Positions 48,631 through 56,999 of a DNA stretch of 64,000 bases are shown in pieces (the first letter of the stretch is position 1; every line of letters begins with the position of its first letter). The stretch is from the IMG/VR virus record IMGVR_UViG_2690315925_000005. One strand, written 5' to 3'. This DNA is from an uncultured virus (IMG/VR IMGVR_UViG_2690315925_000005) (taxonomy: Duplodnaviria > Heunggongvirae > Uroviricota > Caudoviricetes). A program made the position numbers and the translations under genes. Under the pieces are notes generated by a model, which saw only the letters and a program-made list of their open reading frames with translations, was not told the origin of the DNA and did not search any database.

Positions 48631-48950
48631 CAGGCTGTCTCCAGCGGCACGATGCGGCCGGCGTCCACATCGCCGCTCGGTTCGGCGCGCCGTTCCATAA
48701 CCGGATCCATAACCGGATCCGCCTGCGCCACCACTTCGGCCAGGCCGCCCCGCTCCAGGCCCTCGAAAGCGTTCAGCGCCTCGATCAGCTGCTGAAGGCT
48801 GGCAATCGTCGGATTCGTGATCTGCCCGTGCGCCAGCTTCGTCAGCCACGAATAGCCGATGTCCGGGCTCTGCCGGGCGATCTCGGCGTACTTCCCTTCA
48901 TGCGCACGCAGGCGCACCACGGTTTGATGCAAGAGGGTATCGGCGTCCAT
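48630..48950 (-). CDS. Cro-like HTH regulator
   Basis: YAEIARQ..IGYSWLTKLAHGQITNPTIASLQQL; divergent from repressor. Confidence 0.8.
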   Translation of the reverse strand: MDADTLLHQTVVRLRAHEGKYAEIARQSPDIGYSWLTKLAHGQITNPTIASLQQLIEALNAFEGLERGGLAEVVAQADPVMDPVMERRAEPSGDVDAGRIVPLETA

Positions 48951-48956
48951 GACACC

Positions 48957-49016
48957 AACCTATCATTCTAATGCTAGGCAATCAAGCATCGAAGAGCGTT
49001 CAGCCATCACTAGCAT
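48957..49016. promoter_or_regulatory. Divergent pR/pRM-like promoters with operator
   Basis: Minus strand TTGATT-N17-TAGGTT; plus strand TCGAAG-N16-TAGCAT; operator TATCA-N6-TGCT at 48961. Confidence 0.7.
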
Positions 49017-49023
49017 GGTAGGT

Positions 49024-49413
49024 ATGGCTAAACGTCCCTCGAGTGCAGATGTCATCGCCGCCAATGTGCGCCGATTGATGAAGCACCTGAACCTCTCGCA
49101 GGCCGAACTCGGCCGCAAAGCCGGGGTTGCGCAAACTCTCCTGTCGGGGCTCCTGAGCCCGGACGGCGCCTCCAAGAACCCGACATCTTCGACCGTCGAC
49201 AAGCTTGCCGACGCTTTCAAAATCACCCCTTGGAAGCTGCTGGTTCAGGACATCACGCTGGACAACCTCATGGACGAGGAAATCGAGCGCCTGGTGGACG
49301 CTTTCGCCACCGTGCCAGCAGAGGGGCGCCGAACAATTCTGCGGGTGGCGGATGCTGAAGTTCGCTATGCCCAGGTTCCCGCGACCGTTCCGATCAAGAA
49401 CACAGGGACATGA
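49024..49413 (+). CDS. CI-like XRE repressor without S24 peptidase domain
   Basis: NVRRLMKHLNLSQAELGRKAGVAQTLLS..NPTSSTVDKLADAF. Confidence 0.85.
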   Translation: MAKRPSSADVIAANVRRLMKHLNLSQAELGRKAGVAQTLLSGLLSPDGASKNPTSSTVDKLADAFKITPWKLLVQDITLDNLMDEEIERLVDAFATVPAEGRRTILRVADAEVRYAQVPATVPIKNTGT

Positions 49414-49419
49414 GCAGCC

Positions 49420-49764
49420 ATGGGAATACTCGACTTTCTTGGCAGTGCGGCGGGCGTTGTGACAATGCAGACGGGCGCGGATGTGTTCATCCATCGTCAT
49501 ACACGCGTGGTTACCTTCAACCTTCCATCCCATTGGCGTGACCACGCCAACAAGCTCGTCAAAGAACGCTTTCAACAGCAGCTCGTTCAGTCCGAATTTG
49601 ATGCGGCACTGCTGAAACTCGCAGTGTTCTGGACCTGCGCTATGCAAAGTGACCGAGTCCGCGCCGAGCACTTCGCCGACGCCATGTTTGACCTACGCAC
49701 CGCGGCAGGCGGCCAGATCACGCCCGGTCTGTCCCTCGAAGTGATGCGGCTGACCAACCACTAA
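49420..49764 (+). CDS. Hypothetical protein co-transcribed with repressor
   Basis: 114 aa, starts 6 bp after cI stop. Confidence 0.65.
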   Translation: MGILDFLGSAAGVVTMQTGADVFIHRHTRVVTFNLPSHWRDHANKLVKERFQQQLVQSEFDAALLKLAVFWTCAMQSDRVRAEHFADAMFDLRTAAGGQITPGLSLEVMRLTNH

Positions 49765-49805
49765 AGCTCGATCAATCAGCTGCTTAGCATCACATCACAT
49801 CAATC

Positions 49806-49851
49806 TATCATTTTAGTGCTTGACTGACGGATGATCTATCACTATGTTGCT
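49806..49851 (+). promoter_or_regulatory. pL-like promoter with two operators
   Basis: TTGACT-N17-TATGTT (49820-49848); TATCA-N6-TGCT at 49806 and 49837. Confidence 0.8.
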
Positions 49852-49880
49852 AGCCATCCCAAGCACGGATGGTTGAGCAC

Positions 49881-50372
49881 ATGTCTGCACTGTCTTCGTC
49901 GCTGTACCTGGCACTGGGGGCTCTCGGGGCCACCGGCCTTGGCGCACTCTTCTCCCCATCGTCCCCTTCCACAGACGAACCCGGCCAGGCCGTCCGGGCA
50001 CCAGCTGCACTGGTGATCACCAGCCCGCGCATCTGCGCGGCGCTGGAGGTCTATACCCTGGCCAGCGAGAACGACTGGGGCCTGCGCACCACCATTGCCC
50101 AGGCGATGCTCAACGGCTTCAACGACACCGGCCGTGTGCCGGACTGCGCCGCCGGCGTGTCCGCCGCGCTGGCCAAGGACTTCTCTCCCTACCGCTGGCA
50201 GCTTGCGCTCGATGCCGTCGACGCGGTTGTCGCCGGCACCTACTCCGTTTCCCCCGACGCGTGCGCCCGGGCCAATACCGTCGTCCCCCTGTCGACGGAA
50301 AAAGCCACCTCCCCCGTGGTGGCCCGGGCGCGGTGCGTCATCTATGACCTGGCTTTCGTGGAGGTGCACTGA
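49881..50372 (+). CDS. Exported SleB/Hydrolase_2-like protein, possibly inactive
   Basis: Signal/anchor; CAALEVYTLASE..TIAQAMLN resembles CLA..IY.EARGE..AVA.V.LNR. Confidence 0.5.
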   Translation: MSALSSSLYLALGALGATGLGALFSPSSPSTDEPGQAVRAPAALVITSPRICAALEVYTLASENDWGLRTTIAQAMLNGFNDTGRVPDCAAGVSAALAKDFSPYRWQLALDAVDAVVAGTYSVSPDACARANTVVPLSTEKATSPVVARARCVIYDLAFVEVH

Positions 50373-50803
50373 TGGCCGCCACCGAACGTCACTGCCGCGT
50401 CTGCAGCTGCACTGAGCTGCAGGCCTGCCCCGGTGGTTGCTCCTGGGCCGGGGCCGACCTTTGCAGCAGCTGCGCCGCAGCTGCAGGCCCTAACGCCGAA
50501 GGCGCCATGGCGGTCGTCGCGCGCCAGCGCCTGCTGATCGCCGGCAAGGCCATCAAGCTGAGCCGCACCGAGGCCGTCGTGATGAAGGCCCTTGTCGCGA
50601 CCCCCGATCGCCTCGTGGAAATCGATGCGCTGCATGCGGCGATGTACCCAGACAGCAAGCCGCCGTCGCGCGAGTCCAACGTCCTTCAGGTGCTGGTCTC
50701 GCGCGTGCGCCGCAAGCTCTCAGCTGCTGGCCATAAGCACGCAATCGAGACCATCCGCCTGCGCGGCTACCGCTTCGTGATGCCCCAAGGCGGTGCTGCA
50801 TGA
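50372..50803 (+). CDS. Cys-rich domain plus OmpR-type winged-helix protein
   Basis: CRVCSCT..C..GCSW..CSSC; LSRTE..NVLQVLVSRVRRKL..IETIRLRGYRF. Confidence 0.8.
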   Translation: MAATERHCRVCSCTELQACPGGCSWAGADLCSSCAAAAGPNAEGAMAVVARQRLLIAGKAIKLSRTEAVVMKALVATPDRLVEIDALHAAMYPDSKPPSRESNVLQVLVSRVRRKLSAAGHKHAIETIRLRGYRFVMPQGGAA

Positions 50804-51099
50804 GCGCCCAAGTTGAATTCACCGCCAAATGCTTCGGCGCGAACCTCGGCCTCACCCGAAATCCTGACGGAAGCTGGTGCATGTCGCTCTACACCTTCGT
50901 CGGCAAGAACAGGAATCACCGCGGAATTGCCTTCGCAACCGCGGTCCCCGGCCAGCTGCCGCGAGTGGATCCGGCTGACGGCGATACCTTTCCCTCTGCA
51001 GCCCTGTGGGTCGGGTCGGCATCCTTCGACATACCCGATGCCCTGGTGCCGAAGCTGCAGGCCTTCCTCGCCGAACACGCCCAAGGCGGTGCCGCATGA
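50800..51099 (+). CDS. Phage hypothetical protein
   Basis: ATGA-coupled. Confidence 0.65.
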   Translation: MSAQVEFTAKCFGANLGLTRNPDGSWCMSLYTFVGKNRNHRGIAFATAVPGQLPRVDPADGDTFPSAALWVGSASFDIPDALVPKLQAFLAEHAQGGAA

Positions 51100-51224
51100 G
51101 GACGGAAGAGATCATTGCGGAGGCCACCGCCGTGCTGTTCCGGCGAGTCCTGGCCATCGGCGGCGCGGCGGGCTTCGTGCTGGGTGTCGTGGCAACGCTT
51201 GGATCCCGGGCGGTGCTGTCATGA
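51096..51224 (+). CDS. Small membrane peptide (42 aa)
   Basis: ATGA-coupled both sides, one TM. Confidence 0.55.
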   Translation: MRTEEIIAEATAVLFRRVLAIGGAAGFVLGVVATLGSRAVLS

Positions 51225-51469
51225 ACTCGGTGACCATGACCGTCGACGCGGAGATCGACCTCGATGACCTGGTCGGGAATCTGGGCTCCGCCAGCAAGGA
51301 CTACCTTGCCCGCCTCCTGAAGGTTGAAGGCGAGACCGCGCGCGCCCCTGACGGCCGCACCTTCGAGCAGATCATCGAAGCCGCCTTCTACGAGGCGCGC
51401 GCCATGTCCCCCGTGCCGCCGGCACTGGCCGACCTGCTCTGGGTAGTGCACGGGAGGGCGATGTCATGA
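51221..51469 (+). CDS. Phage hypothetical protein
   Basis: ATGA-coupled. Confidence 0.6.
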   Translation: MNSVTMTVDAEIDLDDLVGNLGSASKDYLARLLKVEGETARAPDGRTFEQIIEAAFYEARAMSPVPPALADLLWVVHGRAMS

Positions 51470-51729
51470 CGACAGACCTGCACCTCCTAGGCCATGGCGT
51501 CGACGCCATCGTGCAGCACGACCTGGACCGCATGCCGCCGGCGATCACTGCCGCAGCGCGCGTGCAGCGCTACCAGCGCGCGGTGTGTATCGCACCACCG
51601 GACCAGTGGCGCGCGCTGCGGATCCGCTTCGGCTCGATCTTCCAGATCGCCTGGAGCGCAGGACTGAAGCCGGACCTGGCCACCTGGGCCCGGAAGTTCC
51701 AGCGCATCGCCGAGGCCTGCCGACCATGA
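51466..51729 (+). CDS. Phage hypothetical protein
   Basis: ATGA-coupled, GGAGG SD. Confidence 0.6.
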   Translation: MTTDLHLLGHGVDAIVQHDLDRMPPAITAAARVQRYQRAVCIAPPDQWRALRIRFGSIFQIAWSAGLKPDLATWARKFQRIAEACRP

Positions 51730-51884
51730 GGCTCTTCCACGTCCACATCCCGGGCGTGGCCAGACCGCACAGCGTCAACGCCGAATCCGAATCGGCCGCG
51801 ATCGACGACGCGCTCTACACCCTGGGCCTTTCCGAGCTGCCCGAAGGCAGCAGCGTCACTTCTGAACAGACCGGAGACACCTGA
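51726..51884 (+). CDS. Small phage hypothetical protein
   Basis: ATGA/TGATG-coupled. Confidence 0.55.
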   Translation: MRLFHVHIPGVARPHSVNAESESAAIDDALYTLGLSELPEGSSVTSEQTGDT

Positions 51885-52786
51885 TGTTCTTCCGCAACCT
51901 CACGATGTTCACCTATCCGCAGCTGCAGATGTTCGACTGGCAGGACGGCCTGCAGGCGAGCGCCCTGAAACCGGTAGGCCCGCTGGAAATGTGCTCCGCC
52001 GGCTTCATTTCGCCATTCGGCCGCGAAGAGAAGGAGCTGCTGTCGCACGAGATCGGCCGCTGCGTGTGGATGGCCATCGGCGCCGAAGACAAGATCCTGC
52101 CGCCGGCCGTGGTGAGCAACCTGCTCGAACTCAAGCTGCTGGAGATCGAAGAAAAAGAGGGGCGCCGCCCCGGCGGCCGCGAGCGGAAGCGCATCAAGGA
52201 CGATCTGCTGCACGAGCTGCTGCCGCGGGCCTTCATCCGCCCTACCCGCACGGATCTCTACCTGGACCACCAGCGCGGTGTCGTGTTCGTCGACACCAGC
52301 AGCCGCAAGACCGGCGAGAGCGCCATGAGCCAGTTGCGCAACGTGGTCGGTAGCTTCCCCGCCCTCCCCCTGAACGCTGAGGTGTCGCCGCGGGCGATCT
52401 TGACCGGCTGGCTCGCCGGCGAGTCCTTGCCCGAAGGCCTCAGCCTGGGCGAGGAATGCGAGCTTCGCGACCCGGTCGAAGGCGGCGCCATCGTCCGCTG
52501 CCAGCACCACGAACTGCGCTGCGACGAGGTCGATCTCCACCTGGAGACCGGCAAGCAGGTCACCAAGCTCGCCCTGGTGCTGGAGGACCACCTGTCCTTC
52601 GTTCTTGGCGACGACCTGATCGTCCGAAAGCTCCGCTTCTTGGACGGTGCCGTCGAGCAGCTGCAGTACGGGGACGAAGACGGCCGGCGCGCCGAGCTCG
52701 ATGCCCGCTTCGCTCTGCAGATCGCCGAGGTCGGCCGGCTGTACGACCTGGTCCGCGAGCAATTCCACCTCACCACCTACGCCTGA
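51884..52786 (+). CDS. rdgC: Recombination-associated protein RdgC
   Basis: MFFRNLTMF..EDKILP..ELLPRAF..GKQVTKLAL. Confidence 0.92.
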   Translation: MFFRNLTMFTYPQLQMFDWQDGLQASALKPVGPLEMCSAGFISPFGREEKELLSHEIGRCVWMAIGAEDKILPPAVVSNLLELKLLEIEEKEGRRPGGRERKRIKDDLLHELLPRAFIRPTRTDLYLDHQRGVVFVDTSSRKTGESAMSQLRNVVGSFPALPLNAEVSPRAILTGWLAGESLPEGLSLGEECELRDPVEGGAIVRCQHHELRCDEVDLHLETGKQVTKLALVLEDHLSFVLGDDLIVRKLRFLDGAVEQLQYGDEDGRRAELDARFALQIAEVGRLYDLVREQFHLTTYA

Positions 52787-52793
52787 GGCCCCA

Positions 52794-53045
52794 ATGCATT
52801 CGATCCTCGTGACCAGCCACCGTCCATTCCTCAACATGCTCTTGGCCAGCCTGCTGAGCCAGCCGCGGGCGCACCCCGTAGCACCCGCAGCACCTGTGCG
52901 CCGCATGCCGCAACGACACCGCACCACCTGGGCACCGGCCGGCGGCGGCCGTGCCGAGCGCGCCCGCCGCATGCGCCAGATCCAGGCTGGCACCCTGAAC
53001 GCATCCAGCGGGCTGACCCCGATCCACAAGGGTGAGCGGCCGTGA
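52794..53045 (+). CDS. Phage hypothetical protein
   Basis: GAGG SD; coupled to next gene. Confidence 0.55.
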   Translation: MHSILVTSHRPFLNMLLASLLSQPRAHPVAPAAPVRRMPQRHRTTWAPAGGGRAERARRMRQIQAGTLNASSGLTPIHKGERP

Positions 53046-53758
53046 GCCGCTTGCGCGCCTTCATCTGCGCCCTGTTCGGGTGCGCCCGTGACTGGCCGGA
53101 TATGGAGTCGTGCGGCCGCTGCGGCAACTACATTGATCTGCAGGCGGCGCCGCGCACGTTGGGGCGCCGCCTCCTGGATCGCCTTGCCACCGCACTGATA
53201 CAGCGTGGGGCCCGCACGCCGTACTTCCACCTGGTCAACGCGGACGGCACGCCGTACATGGATCGCTTCTGGCTGCTGCGCATTGGCCGCGCCGGCGTCG
53301 ACGACCGCGGCCAGCCCCGCCCCTGGCTGGCCCTGCGCCTTCATCACATCCGCAGCAGCGACCAAGGCGGCGTCTTCCATGATCACCCCTGGTCGTTCTT
53401 CAGCCTGATTCTGCGCGGCGGGTACTTCGAGCACCGGCCCTTCGATGGGCCGCTGCCGGCGATACCGGATGCGGTGCCGTCGGCGATCGCTGAGGAACCC
53501 TACTCGTCGACCTGGTACGGCGCTGGCCAACTGCTGTTCCGCCGCGCCGAGGGCTGGCACCGCATTGCGCTGGCCGAGGACCTGCAGCACGAGGGCACCT
53601 GGACCGTGGTGCTGACCCTGCCGCCCCGCGCCTGCAGCTGGGGCTTCCGCGTCCGTGGGCAGAAGATCGAACACCGCGCGTACTTCCGGAAGGAAGCAGT
53701 CCGGCAGCGCGCGCGGCAGCAGATCCAGGTCCCGAACAGCTCGGATTGGACCCCGTGA
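53042..53758 (+). CDS. Cupin-like phage protein
   Basis: LHHIRSSD..HDHPW..GGYFE..WHRI. Confidence 0.7.
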   Translation: MSRLRAFICALFGCARDWPDMESCGRCGNYIDLQAAPRTLGRRLLDRLATALIQRGARTPYFHLVNADGTPYMDRFWLLRIGRAGVDDRGQPRPWLALRLHHIRSSDQGGVFHDHPWSFFSLILRGGYFEHRPFDGPLPAIPDAVPSAIAEEPYSSTWYGAGQLLFRRAEGWHRIALAEDLQHEGTWTVVLTLPPRACSWGFRVRGQKIEHRAYFRKEAVRQRARQQIQVPNSSDWTP

Positions 53759-53761
53759 GCC

Positions 53762-54484
53762 ATGGTGCGCAAGTCACACCCCAACGCGCGCCGACCATGG
53801 ACCGCCGACGAGGACGAGACGCTGCGGCTCAACTGGCCGCGCTTCCCTGCTTTCCTGATCGCCCACGTGCTGGAAAGGCCCAGTGCGGCGGTGTACCGAC
53901 GGGCAGCGACGCTGGGGCTGAAGAAAGCCGACGACTTCCACACCCAGCCGCTGGCCGCGCTCTGGAACGGGACACAGGAGCCGGGCTCGATTGCCTCGCG
54001 CTTCAAGCCCGGCACCACACCACCCAACAAGGGACTGCGCAGGCCGGGCTGGCACGCCGGCCGAATGCGGGAAACCCAGTTCAAGAAGGGGCGGCCGGCC
54101 AGCGAGGCACGCAACTACGTGCCGATCGGGACCGAGAAGGTGGATCCCAAGCGCAAGGTGCTGATGCGCAAGGTCACAGACGACCCCGGCGTGTTCCCGG
54201 TCAATCGCTGGCGTCCGGTGCACGTGATGGTCTGGGAGGCAGCGAACGGCCCGGTACCGGAAGGACACATCGTGGTGTTCCGGCCCGGCCTGAAGACACT
54301 CGTCGCCGCCGAGATCACTGCTGATCGCCTCGAGACCGTGACCCTCGCCGAGAACATGCGGCGCAACAGCTACCACAACCGGTTCCCTCCGGAACTGAAA
54401 GAACTGGTCCACCTGAAGGCGCGAATCACCCGCCGTGTCAGGAGGCGAATCAAGGAGCAAGAAGATGAAGAACAAGGTCAGTGA
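53762..54484 (+). CDS. HNH-like endonuclease domain protein
   Basis: WTADEDETL N-terminus; WRPVHVMVWEAANGPVPEGH..LAENMRRN. Confidence 0.75.
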   Translation: MVRKSHPNARRPWTADEDETLRLNWPRFPAFLIAHVLERPSAAVYRRAATLGLKKADDFHTQPLAALWNGTQEPGSIASRFKPGTTPPNKGLRRPGWHAGRMRETQFKKGRPASEARNYVPIGTEKVDPKRKVLMRKVTDDPGVFPVNRWRPVHVMVWEAANGPVPEGHIVVFRPGLKTLVAAEITADRLETVTLAENMRRNSYHNRFPPELKELVHLKARITRRVRRRIKEQEDEEQGQ

Positions 54485-54722
54485 TGTCCGCGACCACCTG
54501 GTGGCCATGCTCGAACGCCTGGGCGACGACGATCTGAACGCCGAGCAGATGGGCCAGGTCATCGAGCGCGCCAAGGCCACCACCATCGTGGCCACCACCT
54601 ACATCGGCGCGGTGAAGGTGGAGCTCGACGCGATCCGGTTGGCGCACGAAACCGGGAACCTGACGGCCGCAGTTGCCGAGCCGCAGCAGATCCCCTCGCT
54701 GCCTGTCGGCCAGAGGCGCTGA
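54465..54722 (+). CDS. Phage hypothetical protein
   Basis: MKNKVSDVRDHLVAMLERL; AAGGAG SD. Confidence 0.7.
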   Translation: MKNKVSDVRDHLVAMLERLGDDDLNAEQMGQVIERAKATTIVATTYIGAVKVELDAIRLAHETGNLTAAVAEPQQIPSLPVGQRR

Positions 54723-54724
54723 CC

Positions 54725-54952
54725 ATGGCAAAGAAACTCCTGTCCTTGCACGTCAAGGGCAAGCACAAATCCTGGAGCTTCGAGTTCATGGGCGACCCCA
54801 AGCACATCCCCGACTGGGAGGCGGATGGCCTGGAGGTGTGGGAGGTCTGCAACGTCGTCCCCGCATGGATTGCTGACCTCGGCCTTACTCGACCCTGGGT
54901 CTTTCTCCAGGACGTCTTCAACTTCAAGAACCCTTGGGGTCGCAATGGCTGA
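54725..54952 (+). CDS. Phage hypothetical protein
   Basis: 75 aa in operon. Confidence 0.65.
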   Translation: MAKKLLSLHVKGKHKSWSFEFMGDPKHIPDWEADGLEVWEVCNVVPAWIADLGLTRPWVFLQDVFNFKNPWGRNG

Positions 54953-55184
54953 CCGCAAACGCAACTTCGCGCTCGAGCAGCGCCTGCGCTTCATCGACTT
55001 CCTGCTGGACCACTACGGCCGGCTCAACCGCGGCGCCCTCGTGGACTACTTCGGCATCAGCGTGCCGCAGGCAAGCATTGACATCCGAACCTACCAGGAG
55101 CACGCAGGCGCCGAGCAGATGCGGTACGACCTTTCTGAGAGGTGCTACCTGGCTGAGAAGGGGTTCAAACGATGCTGGCCATGA
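54945..55184 (+). CDS. Stand-alone CapW/BrxR-type winged-helix protein
   Basis: EQRLRFIDFLL..GRLNRGALVDYFGISVPQASIDIRTY..RYD..CY. Confidence 0.7.
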   Translation: MADRKRNFALEQRLRFIDFLLDHYGRLNRGALVDYFGISVPQASIDIRTYQEHAGAEQMRYDLSERCYLAEKGFKRCWP

Positions 55185-55393
55185 CCTCGAACCATCTGCG
55201 AACGGTACCCCTGACCAAGAAGTCCCAGGTATCGGACGTGCTACACGCCGGCGGCCGCATCGTCGCTGGCCACCGGCCTGGCCTGCTGCAGTTGCTCGAC
55301 GCCGAGGGCCGCCCAGTCCCTGCCTGGCAAACCGCCCTGAAGGCCGCTCAGCTCTCGGCCGCACCCTCCGGAGATCCGCATGAACCGCAGTGA
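55181..55393 (+). CDS. Phage hypothetical protein
   Basis: ATGA-coupled. Confidence 0.55.
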   Translation: MTSNHLRTVPLTKKSQVSDVLHAGGRIVAGHRPGLLQLLDAEGRPVPAWQTALKAAQLSAAPSGDPHEPQ

Positions 55394-56120
55394 CGTCCTC
55401 CCCCGTTTCCTCGCCGATACGGCCACCCACGAGCTACGGATCGTGGTCGACGACGGCGTGCACCGCCACCTGCAGTTCCGTCGCCCCGGAACCTACTGCT
55501 ACGGTTTCGACATCGTGACCTGGCCCGGGCACCTGGCGATCTCCGGCGACATGGGCACTGCCGTTTTCAGCCGCCTGCACGACATGTTCGAGTTCTTCCG
55601 TGCCAAGCCCGCCGAGCACGAAAAGGCCGGCGGCCTGTTCGTGAACGATGGCTACTGGGCAGAGAAGTGCGTGGCCAACGACGGCGAGAAGAAGGAATTC
55701 AGCGCGGCACTCTTCCGCGCGCTGGTGACCCGCCTGTTCAAAGAGCACGTTGAGGAACGTGTGGACCCCGACGATCTGGCGGATCCGGACACGTCGACGC
55801 CGGAGTGGGTGGCCAGGTTGTGGCAGGAGCTCGAGGTCGAAGTGCTGAACGACTCGGAGGATCACGACGCCCTGTGCAACGCGATCAAGGCGATGTCGGA
55901 CTTCGCGCCGAGCGACCCCGACTACAGCGACTTTCGCATCACTGACGCCTGGGAATACGCATCCTCGCTGCAGCAGTACACCTTCCACTTCCTCTGGCGC
56001 CTGTACGCGATCGCCCGCGCGATCCGCGCCTACGACGATGCCGCCGACACTGCCGAGCCGTCAGGACTGCCAGCCGACATCGCCATACCTATCCAACTGA
56101 CCGAGGTCACCAATGCGTGA
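55380..56120 (+). CDS. Phage hypothetical protein
   Basis: FDIVTWPGHLAISGDMG..FSRLHDMFEFFR; GGAG SD. Confidence 0.8.
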   Translation: MNRSDVLPRFLADTATHELRIVVDDGVHRHLQFRRPGTYCYGFDIVTWPGHLAISGDMGTAVFSRLHDMFEFFRAKPAEHEKAGGLFVNDGYWAEKCVANDGEKKEFSAALFRALVTRLFKEHVEERVDPDDLADPDTSTPEWVARLWQELEVEVLNDSEDHDALCNAIKAMSDFAPSDPDYSDFRITDAWEYASSLQQYTFHFLWRLYAIARAIRAYDDAADTAEPSGLPADIAIPIQLTEVTNA

Positions 56121-56166
56121 GGACCGCAACGACCTCAATACTGGCTTAATCGCCAACAACGCGCAC

Positions 56167-56955
56167 CTATGGGCGCTCTCCCCTCCCCGCGCGGAGATCG
56201 AACTTGGAGAAATCGTAGGGTTCTGCCCCAGAGAACGCTCGAACGTTTGCAGCTGTTTCCATGCAATAGGCAGAGAAAACTTCGACGTACTCCTTGAGAC
56301 TTCTTACCTGCTCCATCGAGCCTGCAAACACCCTTATCTCTGCAGGGAAGTGATTAGTGCGAGTGTGCGTCTTCACCTGCGAAAGCAACGTCTTGCAGTT
56401 TGCGCTCAATGTGCGGCCGTACCCAATCAACACTGCGAGATCATTCCCAATGTTCTCTGGCAAGTAGTGAAGTCTATCTTCCGATTTCTCGGTACCAGGC
56501 AGAAGCGATTGCTCCCCCAACCGGAATGTGCGCTCCAAGAAACCGACCTCCTCTTCGGTTGTTGGAGCACCTCGATTCAGAGCCCTGATGCAGTGCTGAT
56601 GCAGGATATACAGCTGCGTCGGCAATTCCGAGACCTCGTGTACCAGCACTCGAGCGACGATCCGAGCGTTGCCGTCCCTCGCCCCAACGATTTCCAGGTG
56701 CTGCTGCTTGGCGATTCTTGTCGCCTCGGCAGCAATCGACGTCGCTTTGCGAGACGTCCGATAGGCAAGGACTGCAACGACTGTTGTGGCCAACACCGCA
56801 AAGACACCAACCCAAACCGATGCCCAGGCCGCGACCATGGATAGCAAAGCCATCAGGACACCTGCCCAATCGGCCAAGTTGCCTAGATCAGCAGCCACCA
56901 AACATGTGCTCACCCGCATCCCCTTTCTGCGCTTAGACCTGAGTGATTCTCCCAT
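56167..56955 (-). CDS. Antisense membrane-anchored moron protein (start may be 56919)
   Basis: Lower GC; long TM segment then helical domain; opposite to operon direction. Confidence 0.7.
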   Translation of the reverse strand: MGESLRSKRRKGMRVSTCLVAADLGNLADWAGVLMALLSMVAAWASVWVGVFAVLATTVVAVLAYRTSRKATSIAAEATRIAKQQHLEIVGARDGNARIVARVLVHEVSELPTQLYILHQHCIRALNRGAPTTEEEVGFLERTFRLGEQSLLPGTEKSEDRLHYLPENIGNDLAVLIGYGRTLSANCKTLLSQVKTHTRTNHFPAEIRVFAGSMEQVRSLKEYVEVFSAYCMETAANVRAFSGAEPYDFSKFDLRAGRGERP

Positions 56956-56999
56956 GACTTCGCTCGAGAGCTCCACAGCTTGGCTACCAGAGATCCCTC

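Noticed and set aside
51815..53674. 619-aa minus-strand ORF
   Set aside because: Shadow of rdgC and neighbours.
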